A stretch of 64,000 nt of DNA from Candidatus Saccharimonadota bacterium (GTDB lineage: Bacteria > Patescibacteriota > Saccharimonadia > Saccharimonadales > UBA10212), in contig JALHRM010000001.1 of assembly GCA_022841445.1 (NCBI GenBank), positions 13,002 to 77,001 on the forward strand, read 5' to 3'. Below the pieces are notes generated by a model. The model made no database searches. It was not told where the DNA came from and was given only the letters and a program-made list of their open reading frames with translations. The position numbers and the translations under genes were made by a program. The number at the start of each line of letters is the position of its first letter. The stretch's first letter is position 1. This document shows, one piece after another, positions 8,263 through 18,057 of the stretch.

Positions 8263-9828
8263 TTATTTTTGGACTTTGTAGATGAGGACTTTTTGGTTGT
8301 CTTGGCCAAATTCTTTCACTAGTTCAGCGTTATCCAAAGCCTTATTGACAGTAGGAAATGTCTTTTCAAAGTCTTTACCGCTGATACTTGGACCGTTTAG
8401 CATTACATAGTCAATACCGCGCCACCCGCCAAGTTTTTCCATAACTTCGGGGTCTGTCTCGGTTTTATACAGCCACACAGGATCAGGCTTATCAAACCCC
8501 TGCTTAACGAGGTCAGTCCAAAATGTAGACTCTACAACCAACTGATTGCTTGGATTAATGTTTTTTGTAACCCAATCTACTGCCTGACGACTTGATGCAT
8601 CGTGATCTTTGGTCGTGATAGCGTGAATGCCCTTGCCCCAATCAGGTGCAACAACCGCCGCTGTAGTTGCAAGCAGCAGCGTGGCAGCAAATCCTGCTGC
8701 AATGCGTGAGACGCTAATTCCTTTTTTACAAAGCGGCTTGATAATGAACTGGTCTAGTACACCAGCAAATACTAATGCAGCAAATGGAAGCAGTATAACT
8801 ACATATGGATATGGCAAGTAGCCCGTTCGTAGTAGGAGCAGCAAGCCAAGCAGCAAGCCAAAAGCTGCAACCCGCAAGTGGCGAACAAAGAAAGCAAACG
8901 GCAGCGACAGTGCTCCGATAAGTAGCAGCCAATAGTCGATTGATAGCCAATACTCTGCCAAGCCGCGGCTGCCGCTGGATGCATCGATGATACTGCCACT
9001 GCCTTCGCGTCCAAATAGTTGCCAAGCCAACGTACCAAACAGCGATACGTGACCTTCCCCTGGGAAAAGCTCGCTTTTTAGGCCAGCATAAAGCGCGTAG
9101 ATAGCGCCGATCATCACAAACACAACCCCAAAACTGGCCAGTTGGTAGCGGCGGTTGCGAGCATCACTCGAGCGCCAAAGAGCGTAGATCAGTACAGGTA
9201 ATAAGAGTACAAACGTTTCTTTACTGAGTACTGCAATAGCCATGCAAGCTGCACTCGCCAGGGCTGTGACAACGTGTTTTCTAGGGCTTAGCGCTAACAG
9301 AAATGCACCTAGTAGCCATGGTAGTGCGACATTATCCAGTAGCACGTAGCGGCTAAATTCAATCGTTAGTGGACTAAGTGCGTAGGCTAGCGTACCTATA
9401 GCTGCTGCAACCACACCAACGCGCAAACGCCGGGCAAGCGCATAAATCAATGCAACCACTAAAACATGCATGAATACCATAAATTCACGGCCAGCAACGA
9501 TGGAAGAATCATAGCGATCCAAAGCGTTTGTCGCACCAAGATGCAAGGCCATTTGCATCCAGCCAGCTGGCGGATGATCATACCAATAGGTGTAGTGAGT
9601 TAATGTACCTCGCTCTTGGAGAGCATAGGCTTGGGATACATATGTGCCTTCGTCCTCAAAGCGCTGTGGGTAGCCAGTCATGTTCATACCGCTGACAACA
9701 GCAGAAACAGCCACCAGTGCCGTTACTACAGCAGTGTCCAACTTGTGACGCTTAAACCAAGCAATCAACTTGGAATTCGTTGGTTTAGCAGTCGCCTTTT
9801 TAGCGGTCTTCGGGGCTTGCTTAGGCAT
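8263..9828 (-). CDS. GT-C fold polyprenyl-phosphate-dependent glycosyltransferase (PMT/GT39-like)
   Basis: Multi-TM protein with an RFEDEGTYVSQAYAL loop motif typical of PMT_2/ArnT-like enzymes and a ~130-aa soluble C-terminus. The start is set at ATG 9828 because AAGGAG sits 6 nt upstream. It overlaps the upstream stop by 8 nt. Confidence 0.6.
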   Translation of the reverse strand: MPKQAPKTAKKATAKPTNSKLIAWFKRHKLDTAVVTALVAVSAVVSGMNMTGYPQRFEDEGTYVSQAYALQERGTLTHYTYWYDHPPAGWMQMALHLGATNALDRYDSSIVAGREFMVFMHVLVVALIYALARRLRVGVVAAAIGTLAYALSPLTIEFSRYVLLDNVALPWLLGAFLLALSPRKHVVTALASAACMAIAVLSKETFVLLLPVLIYALWRSSDARNRRYQLASFGVVFVMIGAIYALYAGLKSELFPGEGHVSLFGTLAWQLFGREGSGSIIDASSGSRGLAEYWLSIDYWLLLIGALSLPFAFFVRHLRVAAFGLLLGLLLLLRTGYLPYPYVVILLPFAALVFAGVLDQFIIKPLCKKGISVSRIAAGFAATLLLATTAAVVAPDWGKGIHAITTKDHDASSRQAVDWVTKNINPSNQLVVESTFWTDLVKQGFDKPDPVWLYKTETDPEVMEKLGGWRGIDYVMLNGPSISGKDFEKTFPTVNKALDNAELVKEFGQDNQKVLIYKVQK

Positions 9829-12043
9829 CTGCAGCTCCTTTAGCAAAACTTGCTTTCGCTGCATCAAGTGCGCCGTAAGAGTTACCGAGCCGATGTTTGC
9901 CGCTGTGTGGAGTCTTGTACCAAGTGTTGTCACCTCGAAGTTCACGTATAACTGCCCACAATGCGGCAGCGTTCAAAACAAGTTGATACGGTATTTGGGT
10001 TAGAAGTAGTAGGGCGTAATGACGCAAACGAATTTTTTGCTTAAAATCGGCACCAAAATCATGAAGGAACACCGCATTAAATATCATCAACAGCGACACC
10101 GGGATGAGTGGAAGATACATCAAAATAACAAGCGCTACCGGCGCATCCAAAAACGCAATGGCCAGAAGCGATACCGGTACAAACAAACTGATGATAGCGA
10201 GCAGAACAGGCCCAAGCAAAACATAGTCAGCCAGCAGTCTTTGGCGGAAGCTTGGCAAACGTCGCCAGACACCTTTGCGCCATTCGTGGAAGAACCCCTG
10301 GTTCCAGCGCACTCGCTGTTTGAATAGTCCGCGCAGGGTATCCGGTGTTTCTTCGCGTGTAGCAAGTAACGGTTCATAGTACACGGCTGTTTTGGTTTGG
10401 AACTTAGCACTCAGCAGTACTCCGAGCGAGCAGTCTTCGGTGAGTGTATCCGGCCAACCACCAGCTCGCTTGAGTAGCGACAACCGCACAAAAACAGTGT
10501 TACCGCCAAGTGGCATAAACTGATTATCAGACTGAAACGCCATGCTGCTGTTAAACCATCGATAGTACTCAAGTACATTGTGCATCGAATACCAGGATGA
10601 ATCATAGTTAATCAACTGTACGCCACCCTGCACCACACCTGTTTTGCGATCGCGAAAGGCTGCATCAACGTGCATAAGCAGTTCAGGGTGAACAGTATCT
10701 TCGGCATCGATCACGCCAACTATACTAAAATCTTCGCGCTTGATAATTTTGAATACGTAGTTCAGCTGCTTGGGCTTACTCGGCTTAACTCCGGCAAGTA
10801 GCGGATACTCGATTACTCGAACGCGGGATTCTTTCTTTTCAACTTTGCGGGCAACTTTAAGTGTGGCTGTGTCATCGCTACAGATAACTGTCACAATGCT
10901 CATACTAGGGTGAGTCTGCTTTGCAAGCTGGCGGAGTGTATCTGCCAATACATCTGCCTCGTGTCGAGCTGGGACGATGATGCAAAATCGTTCCTTAACA
11001 CCGTTTTGTGCTGGGAATCTTAACCGGTCAACACTACCTGGCTCGCGGTACGAATAAATAGTTCGCCACACTTCCATACTTGACTGTGACAGCAAAACGA
11101 GGCTTGCGATGGCGAGTAGAACAGACACCGTCAGCACAGGGTTAAAACCAAGACCGAAACTTATGATGGCAACCATTAGCACTGACGCATAAATACTGAA
11201 TGGGACTCTTGCTTTTTGGTTAAGAGAACTTTTGCTGCTTGTGGCTTCGGCAAATGCCCACCGATCACTTACAACATAATTAAGCAGCATAATAACCGCC
11301 AAAGAAACTACATTGGCGACAAGATAATTAACCGTAAAATTGAATGCTGCGCCAAAAACAGCGAAGCTAAACTGCAAGCTGATAAGAGCAGCGAACAGAC
11401 CATAGTTTAGTAGAGTTGTAGCTCCTCGTGACAGCAAAAATTTGATTGATGCTAGTCGGCTAATCGTACGATCACGCCACGTGATGTTGCGGTTCAAAAC
11501 ATAGTTAAGATAAAACGTCATTGCCAGTTGAACAGCATTTGCTGCGAGTGGTGACCACTGCAGAAATTCTACAAGAACATACAATAGTCCCATGCCAGTG
11601 CCAAAGACACCGCCACCGATCAGGCCGAACTGCACGAATTTTTTGGATAATACCGATTGGACTCCACCAAGAACACGATTTTTTGATACGTTGCCTACAA
11701 AGTCTTTTAAGTAGTCAGGATCAGGTTCTTCTGAGGGCATGATGATCACTTCCGAAGTGTTTTTAGCATACGATCGTCCAGTTTTAATCAAAGATCCTCG
11801 GTTAAATACAGTTTTTTTGTGGAGTACAACGCGGGCGTTAGTAATATTGCTTTCAATAATTGTTTCGGCAGCCTTTGATATTGCGTCGTAGTCATGTTCG
11901 TTGCAGATAACAATAATCTCATAATCACTAAGAGGATACTTAGCAGAGGCGGCAGATCTAATCGTACGATCCAACGAGTCTTTGTCTGCCAAAACCGGTA
12001 TAAGCACGCTGATGGACTGCTTTTTTGAACTAGCCAGTGACAT
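9821..12043 (-). CDS. Multidomain glycosyltransferase: degenerate GT2 half + GtrA-like 4-TM domain + processive GT2 (D,D,D,QxxRW) + C-terminal TMs
   Basis: The N-terminus SVLIPVLADKD..IIVICNEHD is GT2-like but has SEEPD where DxD is expected. A GtrA-like segment follows (FVQFGLIGGGVF..YVLNRNITWRDR). The second GT2 has IIVPARHEADV, DAED and QRVRWNQG. Confidence 0.65.
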   Translation of the reverse strand: MSLASSKKQSISVLIPVLADKDSLDRTIRSAASAKYPLSDYEIIVICNEHDYDAISKAAETIIESNITNARVVLHKKTVFNRGSLIKTGRSYAKNTSEVIIMPSEEPDPDYLKDFVGNVSKNRVLGGVQSVLSKKFVQFGLIGGGVFGTGMGLLYVLVEFLQWSPLAANAVQLAMTFYLNYVLNRNITWRDRTISRLASIKFLLSRGATTLLNYGLFAALISLQFSFAVFGAAFNFTVNYLVANVVSLAVIMLLNYVVSDRWAFAEATSSKSSLNQKARVPFSIYASVLMVAIISFGLGFNPVLTVSVLLAIASLVLLSQSSMEVWRTIYSYREPGSVDRLRFPAQNGVKERFCIIVPARHEADVLADTLRQLAKQTHPSMSIVTVICSDDTATLKVARKVEKKESRVRVIEYPLLAGVKPSKPKQLNYVFKIIKREDFSIVGVIDAEDTVHPELLMHVDAAFRDRKTGVVQGGVQLINYDSSWYSMHNVLEYYRWFNSSMAFQSDNQFMPLGGNTVFVRLSLLKRAGGWPDTLTEDCSLGVLLSAKFQTKTAVYYEPLLATREETPDTLRGLFKQRVRWNQGFFHEWRKGVWRRLPSFRQRLLADYVLLGPVLLAIISLFVPVSLLAIAFLDAPVALVILMYLPLIPVSLLMIFNAVFLHDFGADFKQKIRLRHYALLLLTQIPYQLVLNAAALWAVIRELRGDNTWYKTPHSGKHRLGNSYGALDAAKASFAKGAADA

Positions 12044-13161
12044 TACTTGGTGTCCTCACTATCAGATGATTCAAACTTTATCCCAAACCAGGCGACAATC
12101 ATTAAACCAACTGCACCGATCCACCACTGCCACTCAACCTGTTGTATGGCGAGTAAGGACGCAATGAGCGGTTGGACTAAAAATGCCAGCACGTTGTACC
12201 TGGTGGTCACGAGTCGTCGGACTCGCGCCATAGCCGATTCGCTCTTTTTTGGCTTGTCGAGTATTAGTAGCGATGCAGCTACAGTTAGCAAGCCAAGTTC
12301 AGTCGCAAGCAAAGCAGCAGTTACTGAATCAAAATCGTTGAGCCGAACTGCACCCACATAGGTGGCGATCGTAATAACAGCTCCACTGAACGCTGCGGCA
12401 TACTGGCGCATCAGTCGTTTGAAAGGAGAAACTTTGTTAAGCTCATGTGCAACGCGGATAAACTCGACAATGTCTTTATGTGAGAGTTTAGATGTACCCG
12501 ACATGCGGTCTCGGAATGTTATTGGTACTTCGGCAACCCTGAATTGCTGTGAGATAAACTCGTTACTAAGAAATAATTGGAACCCAAACCCGCTAACCCG
12601 GGCACGGCGATATGGAATTTGGCAAAGCGCAGCCTTGGTCATCGCCTTGAATCCGCCAGTCAGTTCTGCCATATCGGTTTCTATACCGCCCACAAATCGC
12701 GCCACAAAATGTGCGATACGAGTATTAAGAATACGAATAAGTGGCCAACTGCCCGGTATCATACCGCCACTTACGTAGCGTGATCCAACGGCGATATCGT
12801 AGCCTTGGTCAATCTTCTTAAGAAGATGGGGCACTTCTGCCGGGGAATGTGACAAATCAGCATCCATCATGATTACAACATCAAATTTTAGATTCTTTCG
12901 GGCGTAGTCGAAACCGCGTCTGTATGCCGCGCCCAGTCCGTTCTTGCGACCTTGAATCAAATATAGGTTGTTATAACGCTTCTGAATCGAGCGCACAACA
13001 TCTGCCGTACCGTCAGGCGAACGGTCATCAATAACCAATACAGAAATGTGGTAATTTGTCTTTTTCGTAGCGCGAAGATTGAGTAGTTCGTCAAGAATAA
13101 GCTCAACGTTATATCGCTCGTTGTAAGTTGGGAGGGTGATTAATGCTCTTTTTGTCGCCAT
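12043..13161 (-). CDS. Polyprenol-phosphate sugar synthase (Dpm1/Ppm1-like GT2) with C-terminal TM region
   Basis: LITLPTYNERYN, VLVIDDRSPDGT and MMDADLSHSP motifs. The C-terminus has 3-4 TM helices. The stop overlaps the next start (TAATG). The start was chosen at ATG 13161 (MATKRAL..). Confidence 0.7.
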   Translation of the reverse strand: MATKRALITLPTYNERYNVELILDELLNLRATKKTNYHISVLVIDDRSPDGTADVVRSIQKRYNNLYLIQGRKNGLGAAYRRGFDYARKNLKFDVVIMMDADLSHSPAEVPHLLKKIDQGYDIAVGSRYVSGGMIPGSWPLIRILNTRIAHFVARFVGGIETDMAELTGGFKAMTKAALCQIPYRRARVSGFGFQLFLSNEFISQQFRVAEVPITFRDRMSGTSKLSHKDIVEFIRVAHELNKVSPFKRLMRQYAAAFSGAVITIATYVGAVRLNDFDSVTAALLATELGLLTVAASLLILDKPKKSESAMARVRRLVTTRYNVLAFLVQPLIASLLAIQQVEWQWWIGAVGLMIVAWFGIKFESSDSEDTK

Positions 13162-13339
13162 AATAACTTCTTTAATGAAAATTAAAAAAGGGTGCCCACC
13201 GTTTGAAGGCATACCCAAATCTAACCCAATCAATATTAACTACTATACAGTATTATTGATTATTTATCAATAGTATTTTAGACATTTATATTAATTCACC
13301 CGAAAGTCCCGTACTATGTGGCAAGGAGATACTGCATTT

Positions 13340-13912
13340 ATGAGTCGGATTGTACCGAAAGATACCGTAACAATACCCACTGATGCCGAAAAAGTGTTCG
13401 AAGGAATGATATACGAAGTCTACCAGTGGCAGCAGAAAATGTTTGACGGTAGCTATCACACGTTTGAGATGTTGAAGCGACCTGACACAATAAAAGTCAT
13501 CGCCATAAAAGACAATAAGGTTGTCATCACTGAACAGGAACAGCCCGGCCTACCGCCGTTCATTGATGTTCCCGGTGGCCGGCACGATGTTGATGGAGAA
13601 TCTGAACTTGCAGCTGCACAGCGTGAAATGCTTGAAGAAACCGGTATGACATTCGGTAATTGGCGGCTCATTGGTATTCATCAACCATTCACAAAAATTG
13701 ACTGGCTTGTGTACACATTTTTGGCTACTGACTTTATCAATCAAGTTCCTCAGCAGTTAGACGCTGGCGAAAAAATAACCACCGTCTTGATGGATTTTGA
13801 AGAAGTGAAGCGGCAAACAGCGCAACCGAAAGCACGTTATCTACCGAAAGAATTTGAATTGGTAGAAAGTCTAGACGAACTCATCCAACTACCCGAATTC
13901 AACGCTAGTTAA
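13340..13912 (+). CDS. NUDIX hydrolase
   Basis: Nudix box GGRHDVDGESELAAAQREMLEETG. AAGGAG lies 11 nt upstream of ATG 13340; the ORF track start at 13316 is also possible. Confidence 0.7.
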   Translation: MSRIVPKDTVTIPTDAEKVFEGMIYEVYQWQQKMFDGSYHTFEMLKRPDTIKVIAIKDNKVVITEQEQPGLPPFIDVPGGRHDVDGESELAAAQREMLEETGMTFGNWRLIGIHQPFTKIDWLVYTFLATDFINQVPQQLDAGEKITTVLMDFEEVKRQTAQPKARYLPKEFELVESLDELIQLPEFNAS

Positions 13913-14768
13913 GTACAATTATTAGCGCCCCGACAACGGCGAGTACTGAACCAATAGCTCGCCGCGTCATATCTTTGCGTTCTTTCAGCAGGATACTTCC
14001 TAAGATAACACTTACGATTATCTGAAGAAGAAACAGTGCACTTACAAGCGGTGCGTTGTCGGCAATTTTCAAACTCGTAAAGATTAGCGTTAGCCCTACC
14101 GAGCAAAGAATTCCAAAACCCAGGTAATGGTGCCGATGACCAGGCCACATTAAGTGCTTGAGACTTCCTATAACAGTAGGCCGCAGCAAAATAAAAATAA
14201 AGCTGTTTATGATAAATGTAATAAGTAGGTAGCTGGCCGGTTCAGCTTCTCGGTATATTACCTGGTCTGTGAGTATGCCAATTCCATATATAAATGCCGT
14301 AGCTGTTGCAAACAAGATGCCCGTTTTTGATTGATCATTAAACAAGTTTTTTCGAAAAAACACCACAAATATGGCAGCCATAATGACAAAAGCGCCAAGA
14401 CTTTCCAGCAGTGTTAAGCCAACACCAAACAGCACAACACTTGCGACCCAAGTAACAATAAGTCGTGATGTCAGCAAAATAGTATATTCGCCGACACCAA
14501 TATGCGCTAAAGCTTTTTGGCTGGTCAGCCATCCGACAAACGCCAGTGCGATATTAAGGATAAAAACTGGCAAAAAATTCTGAACTGGCGGCATATCGAA
14601 ACCAAAAATGACGTTATAAATCAGGAGTCCCAGCCCTGTGGATACCGAAAGCAGGAAGGCTGAACTATAAAAATCAAGCTTATTCTTATGGGATAATGCG
14701 ACTCTCCGTACAACATCAGATAAAGCTAGCACAGCAACACCGCTTAACGCATAAATGTACCAAGGCAT
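13905..14768 (-). CDS. EamA/DMT-family transporter
   Basis: 287 aa with about 10 TM helices in two repeated halves, as is typical of EamA-type transporters. Confidence 0.55.
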   Translation of the reverse strand: MPWYIYALSGVAVLALSDVVRRVALSHKNKLDFYSSAFLLSVSTGLGLLIYNVIFGFDMPPVQNFLPVFILNIALAFVGWLTSQKALAHIGVGEYTILLTSRLIVTWVASVVLFGVGLTLLESLGAFVIMAAIFVVFFRKNLFNDQSKTGILFATATAFIYGIGILTDQVIYREAEPASYLLITFIINSFIFILLRPTVIGSLKHLMWPGHRHHYLGFGILCSVGLTLIFTSLKIADNAPLVSALFLLQIIVSVILGSILLKERKDMTRRAIGSVLAVVGALIIVLN

Positions 14769-14813
14769 AAACAGATTATAATTCAGCAGGATAGATCTTT
14801 ATAATGATTCACT

Positions 14814-15287
14814 ATGAGCATTAAATTCATTGCGGCTATCGACGCGAACCGAGGTATCGGCAAGAACGGGAAGTTACCGTGGGATCTGCCAAACGACCGG
14901 GCTCAGTTTTATGAAAAAGTAAAAAACGGGCATGTACTGATGGGAAGCAGTACATATTCCGAATTACGTGGCAAGATAGAGCACATTGCTCACTGCACTA
15001 TTTTTTCTAGTCATAAGTACGGAGCCGATGATATTCAAACGGTCGACGATCCACTTAAATACATGAAGACCCTAAACTCGGATGTCTGGGTCATAGGAGG
15101 GGCATCCATTTACGAGCTACTTATGCCATTCGCGGATGAACTACACATTACCCAAATTGAAGCAATTTTTGACTGTGACAGATATTTTCCAGAATTTAAG
15201 AAAAATTTTTCTCTAGCAGAAGAAAGTCCACCAATGTTAGAAAATGATATAACGTACAAATTCCAAGTTTGGAAGCGAAGTAATTAA
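14814..15287 (+). CDS. folA: Dihydrofolate reductase
   Basis: The IAAIDANRGIGKNGKLPWDLPNDRAQF N-terminus matches the DHFR signature, followed by VWVIGGASIYE. Length is 157 aa. Confidence 0.85.
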   Translation: MSIKFIAAIDANRGIGKNGKLPWDLPNDRAQFYEKVKNGHVLMGSSTYSELRGKIEHIAHCTIFSSHKYGADDIQTVDDPLKYMKTLNSDVWVIGGASIYELLMPFADELHITQIEAIFDCDRYFPEFKKNFSLAEESPPMLENDITYKFQVWKRSN

Positions 15288-15402
15288 CAACTTTGCTCCA
15301 CTTTAATCGTTTGATTTAATCAATAATTGCGGGTTACTGTTGCAATAATTGACTGAATGGTATTAGCTTAAAAGTAATTGAATTAATGGGGGCATAAGCC
15401 AG

Positions 15403-15876
15403 ATGAAACACCGAAGTCCAATCGCAGTATTCTTTTTACCATTTGTAACGTTCGGAATTTACGGACTAGTTTGGGAAGTTAAAACTAAGGTTGAGATGAA
15501 GCGACTTGGAGCAGATATTCCAACAGCCTGGTTGATAATTGTGCCGATTATCAACATATACTGGCTCTGGAAATACAGTATGGGGGTAGAGAAGGTAACG
15601 AACGAGAAAATATCAGGAATTATGGCTTTTGTGTTGCTGATTTTACTTGGACCAATCGGCATGGCAATTATCCAGAATGATTTTAATAATGTTGCCGCCA
15701 GCGGTTCTGGCGGGCAGCCCGCACCGGCTACCGGTACTCAAATGGCCGCAGCACAACCCGACAATAGCTTTGGCGGGCCAGCTGCACCTGCGCCCCAATC
15801 TGGAACTACTCCTCCACGGCAAACGACTCCACCCCAGAATAACTCCAATACTCCGCCTCCTCCACTCGTACAGTAA
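15403..15876 (+). CDS. Small membrane protein, DUF4234-like, with Pro-rich tail
   Basis: FVTFGIYGLVWEVK motif, 3-4 TM helices, and a P/A/Q-rich C-terminus. Confidence 0.4.
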   Translation: MKHRSPIAVFFLPFVTFGIYGLVWEVKTKVEMKRLGADIPTAWLIIVPIINIYWLWKYSMGVEKVTNEKISGIMAFVLLILLGPIGMAIIQNDFNNVAASGSGGQPAPATGTQMAAAQPDNSFGGPAAPAPQSGTTPPRQTTPPQNNSNTPPPPLVQ

Positions 15877-15888
15877 TAAGCTCGAGTC

Positions 15889-16323
15889 ATGCTCAATAAA
15901 ATATCTCCAGCCAAAATATACTTTTACCATATTATTACTTTGGGGCTGTACTTTTTTTACTGGGCTGCAAAAAGTCGTGCGGCAGTCAATTCTTCGGCCA
16001 AACAACCTTTGATTCCTAGCACTTGGCTGCTTGCGATTCCGTTCGCCAACTATTGGTGGATGTGGCAATACGCTCGAGCACTAGAATATGTTTCGTACAA
16101 ACGAATCCGATCAACTGACACGTTTTTGTTTTTTATTCTGGCAACTAATTTTATTTGGCTAGTATGGCAAGTGTTTTCCATATTTGACCCAAAATGGCTC
16201 GCAGGACATTTTGGTGTGATGAATTTAGTATTGTCGGCTATTGCCATAACGATTATCACAGTAATTCTAGGCCTTGGATTTTTCTGTGCTGTTATGCAGG
16301 GAAAAATAAATAAAATTCGCTAG
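15889..16323 (+). CDS. Small membrane protein, DUF4234-like paralog
   Basis: IITLGLYFFYWAAK motif. It sits in tandem with the preceding gene. Confidence 0.4.
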   Translation: MLNKISPAKIYFYHIITLGLYFFYWAAKSRAAVNSSAKQPLIPSTWLLAIPFANYWWMWQYARALEYVSYKRIRSTDTFLFFILATNFIWLVWQVFSIFDPKWLAGHFGVMNLVLSAIAITIITVILGLGFFCAVMQGKINKIR

Positions 16324-16394
16324 GTGTGAAAAATATGTGGTCGAAATTGCCAAAACAGAGGTGGTTTGCTAAAATTGCTTAGCTGTTACAGATC

Positions 16395-16471
16395 GGGCCA
16401 GTAGCTCAGCTGGTTAGAGCAGCGGCCTCTTAAGCCGCGTGTCGAGGGTTCGAGTCCCTCCTGGCCCTCCA
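16395..16471 (+). tRNA. tRNA-Lys (anticodon CTT), CCA encoded
   Basis: A 77-nt cloverleaf folded by hand. Acceptor GGGCCAG/CTGGCCC, anticodon arm GCGGC-CTCTTAA-GCCGC, and T arm GAGGG-TTCGAGT-CCCTC. Confidence 0.9.
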
Positions 16472-16481
16472 ATTTAGCCGT

Positions 16482-18056
16482 TTACTTTTTTAGTTTTCTT
16501 TTTATTGTTGATTTTTTACTTGATTTTGGCTTGCTTGTCTTCTCGGCAACAGTTGGTGGTGCCATGATACTTACGGGTACCAGATCATCAGATTGAACTG
16601 GAATTATAATTTTGGATAGAGGGTCGCCGAGTGGTCGCACTGTTTCGATTGGAACTGCCGAAGTTGGAGGAGATTGAGTTAGTACCGTTCTTTCAGGAAC
16701 AGTAATTTTAGGATCGACTTCTACGGGCGTGTGAGCTGCTTCTGTAGTTGCCGGCGTATCTGTTATTTTTTGTACCGCGACAGGAGGGATTGCAGCCTCA
16801 GATTTATGATTTTGCAACCTTAAGAAATTAACAGCGTTTGTAATGATTTTTGGGCGACTTCGGCGCTTGAGTACTTCATCGGCCAAGACTACTACCTTTT
16901 TACGAAAAATGTAAGCGTCCAAAGCCGCAAGCACTACGAAGCCTAACCCCAGCGAAATGGCAAGGATTTGCCAAAAACGACCACCCGAAGAAGATTTGTC
17001 CGCGGCAAGAGTAACTGCGATTTTAGTACCGATACCTTCCTTACCCGAAGTTACTTCGAGTTGCTGCTTAGAGGTAGCGCCCGAAAACTCGGCTAAGACC
17101 TGTTGCTTACCCGAAGCTGAGGATAATACTGCAATTCCTTTAGGATCTGTAACACTGCTTGAATCACCAATGCTAACTTTGACTCCGGCGAGTGGCTGCC
17201 CTTGCTCGTCATTTACTTTCACAGTTACAGGTATGCCCTTTGATGTAAATTTGCGTACCTCGCTGAGTTTGACGTTCCCGGCGGCATCAGCGCTTTTTAC
17301 CCTATAGAAATACGTTGTCTTGGGCTGTATGGCCGCTGCAGGTAATGTCACTTCATGCACTTTGGACAGAGCAGCTACACTGGCACTCAGCGCGTAGCTT
17401 TGATCAAGACTATATTCTACAACCGCATTAGCATCTTCATCTGTTTTCCAAACAATTGTTGCGCTATTTAGACCAATAGATTTTTCGTATATACCGCTTA
17501 TTGCAGGAGGGGTCGTATCTTTCGGCGGCGGGGGTGCGCCCGGAGTAGAATTTGAACTCGAACCGCCACCTGACTGAGGAGGAGTAAATGTCATATTGGC
17601 ACTGCCCTTACCTGAACCAATTTCAGTACCATTCGCGGCAACCGTTGAACCACCTGCAAAACTTAACGTTGCAGATCCACTACTCGCCAGCACTCGAAAT
17701 GAAATAGTCCCCACTAAGGCATCGCCGTTGATTGGACTAAGTGTGCCCCTTGCCATGCGCACAACTCCCCCTCCCCAGCTTGATTCGGCCTGAACTTCGA
17801 AGCTTGTACCAGAATAGTACGAGTTTAGGTACTCGAGTTTATCAGTTGGGTAGGCCACATTAGCTTGAACGGCGTTTACCCCTGCACCGCCGCCATTGAC
17901 CCGAACATTAATGAGAATAATGGCTGATTTACTCACCGACCGGCTGGCTGGTGACATGTACATGCTTGCACCAGCAGCAGATACAAACGGCGCAAACGGT
18001 GCCACCAAAAGCGCCGTTACAAATGTTGAAAATAGTGCCCACCGGATATTTTTCAT
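16482..18056 (-). CDS. Membrane-anchored surface protein: cohesin-like domain + Fn3 + CarboxypepD_reg-like + TM + Lys-rich cytoplasmic tail
   Basis: Signal peptide, a cohesin-like beta-sandwich (aa ~35-160, ..ILINVRVNGGGAGVNAVQANVAYPTDKLEYL..GTISFRVLASSGSATLSF..), an Fn3 segment (ATIVWKTDEDANAVVEYS), a TM segment FWQILAISLGLGFVVLAAL, and a KKSTIKRKLKK end. A GGGAGA SD lies 7 nt upstream of ATG 18056. Confidence 0.55.
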   Translation of the reverse strand: MKNIRWALFSTFVTALLVAPFAPFVSAAGASMYMSPASRSVSKSAIILINVRVNGGGAGVNAVQANVAYPTDKLEYLNSYYSGTSFEVQAESSWGGGVVRMARGTLSPINGDALVGTISFRVLASSGSATLSFAGGSTVAANGTEIGSGKGSANMTFTPPQSGGGSSSNSTPGAPPPPKDTTPPAISGIYEKSIGLNSATIVWKTDEDANAVVEYSLDQSYALSASVAALSKVHEVTLPAAAIQPKTTYFYRVKSADAAGNVKLSEVRKFTSKGIPVTVKVNDEQGQPLAGVKVSIGDSSSVTDPKGIAVLSSASGKQQVLAEFSGATSKQQLEVTSGKEGIGTKIAVTLAADKSSSGGRFWQILAISLGLGFVVLAALDAYIFRKKVVVLADEVLKRRSRPKIITNAVNFLRLQNHKSEAAIPPVAVQKITDTPATTEAAHTPVEVDPKITVPERTVLTQSPPTSAVPIETVRPLGDPLSKIIIPVQSDDLVPVSIMAPPTVAEKTSKPKSSKKSTIKRKLKK

Positions 18057-18057
18057 A

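Noticed and set aside
9829-9945. Longer N-terminal extension of the GT-C gene (track start 9945)
   Set aside because: It would overlap the upstream gene by 125 nt. ATG 9828 has a consensus AAGGAG 6 nt upstream and gives a sensible basic N-terminus before the first TM segment.
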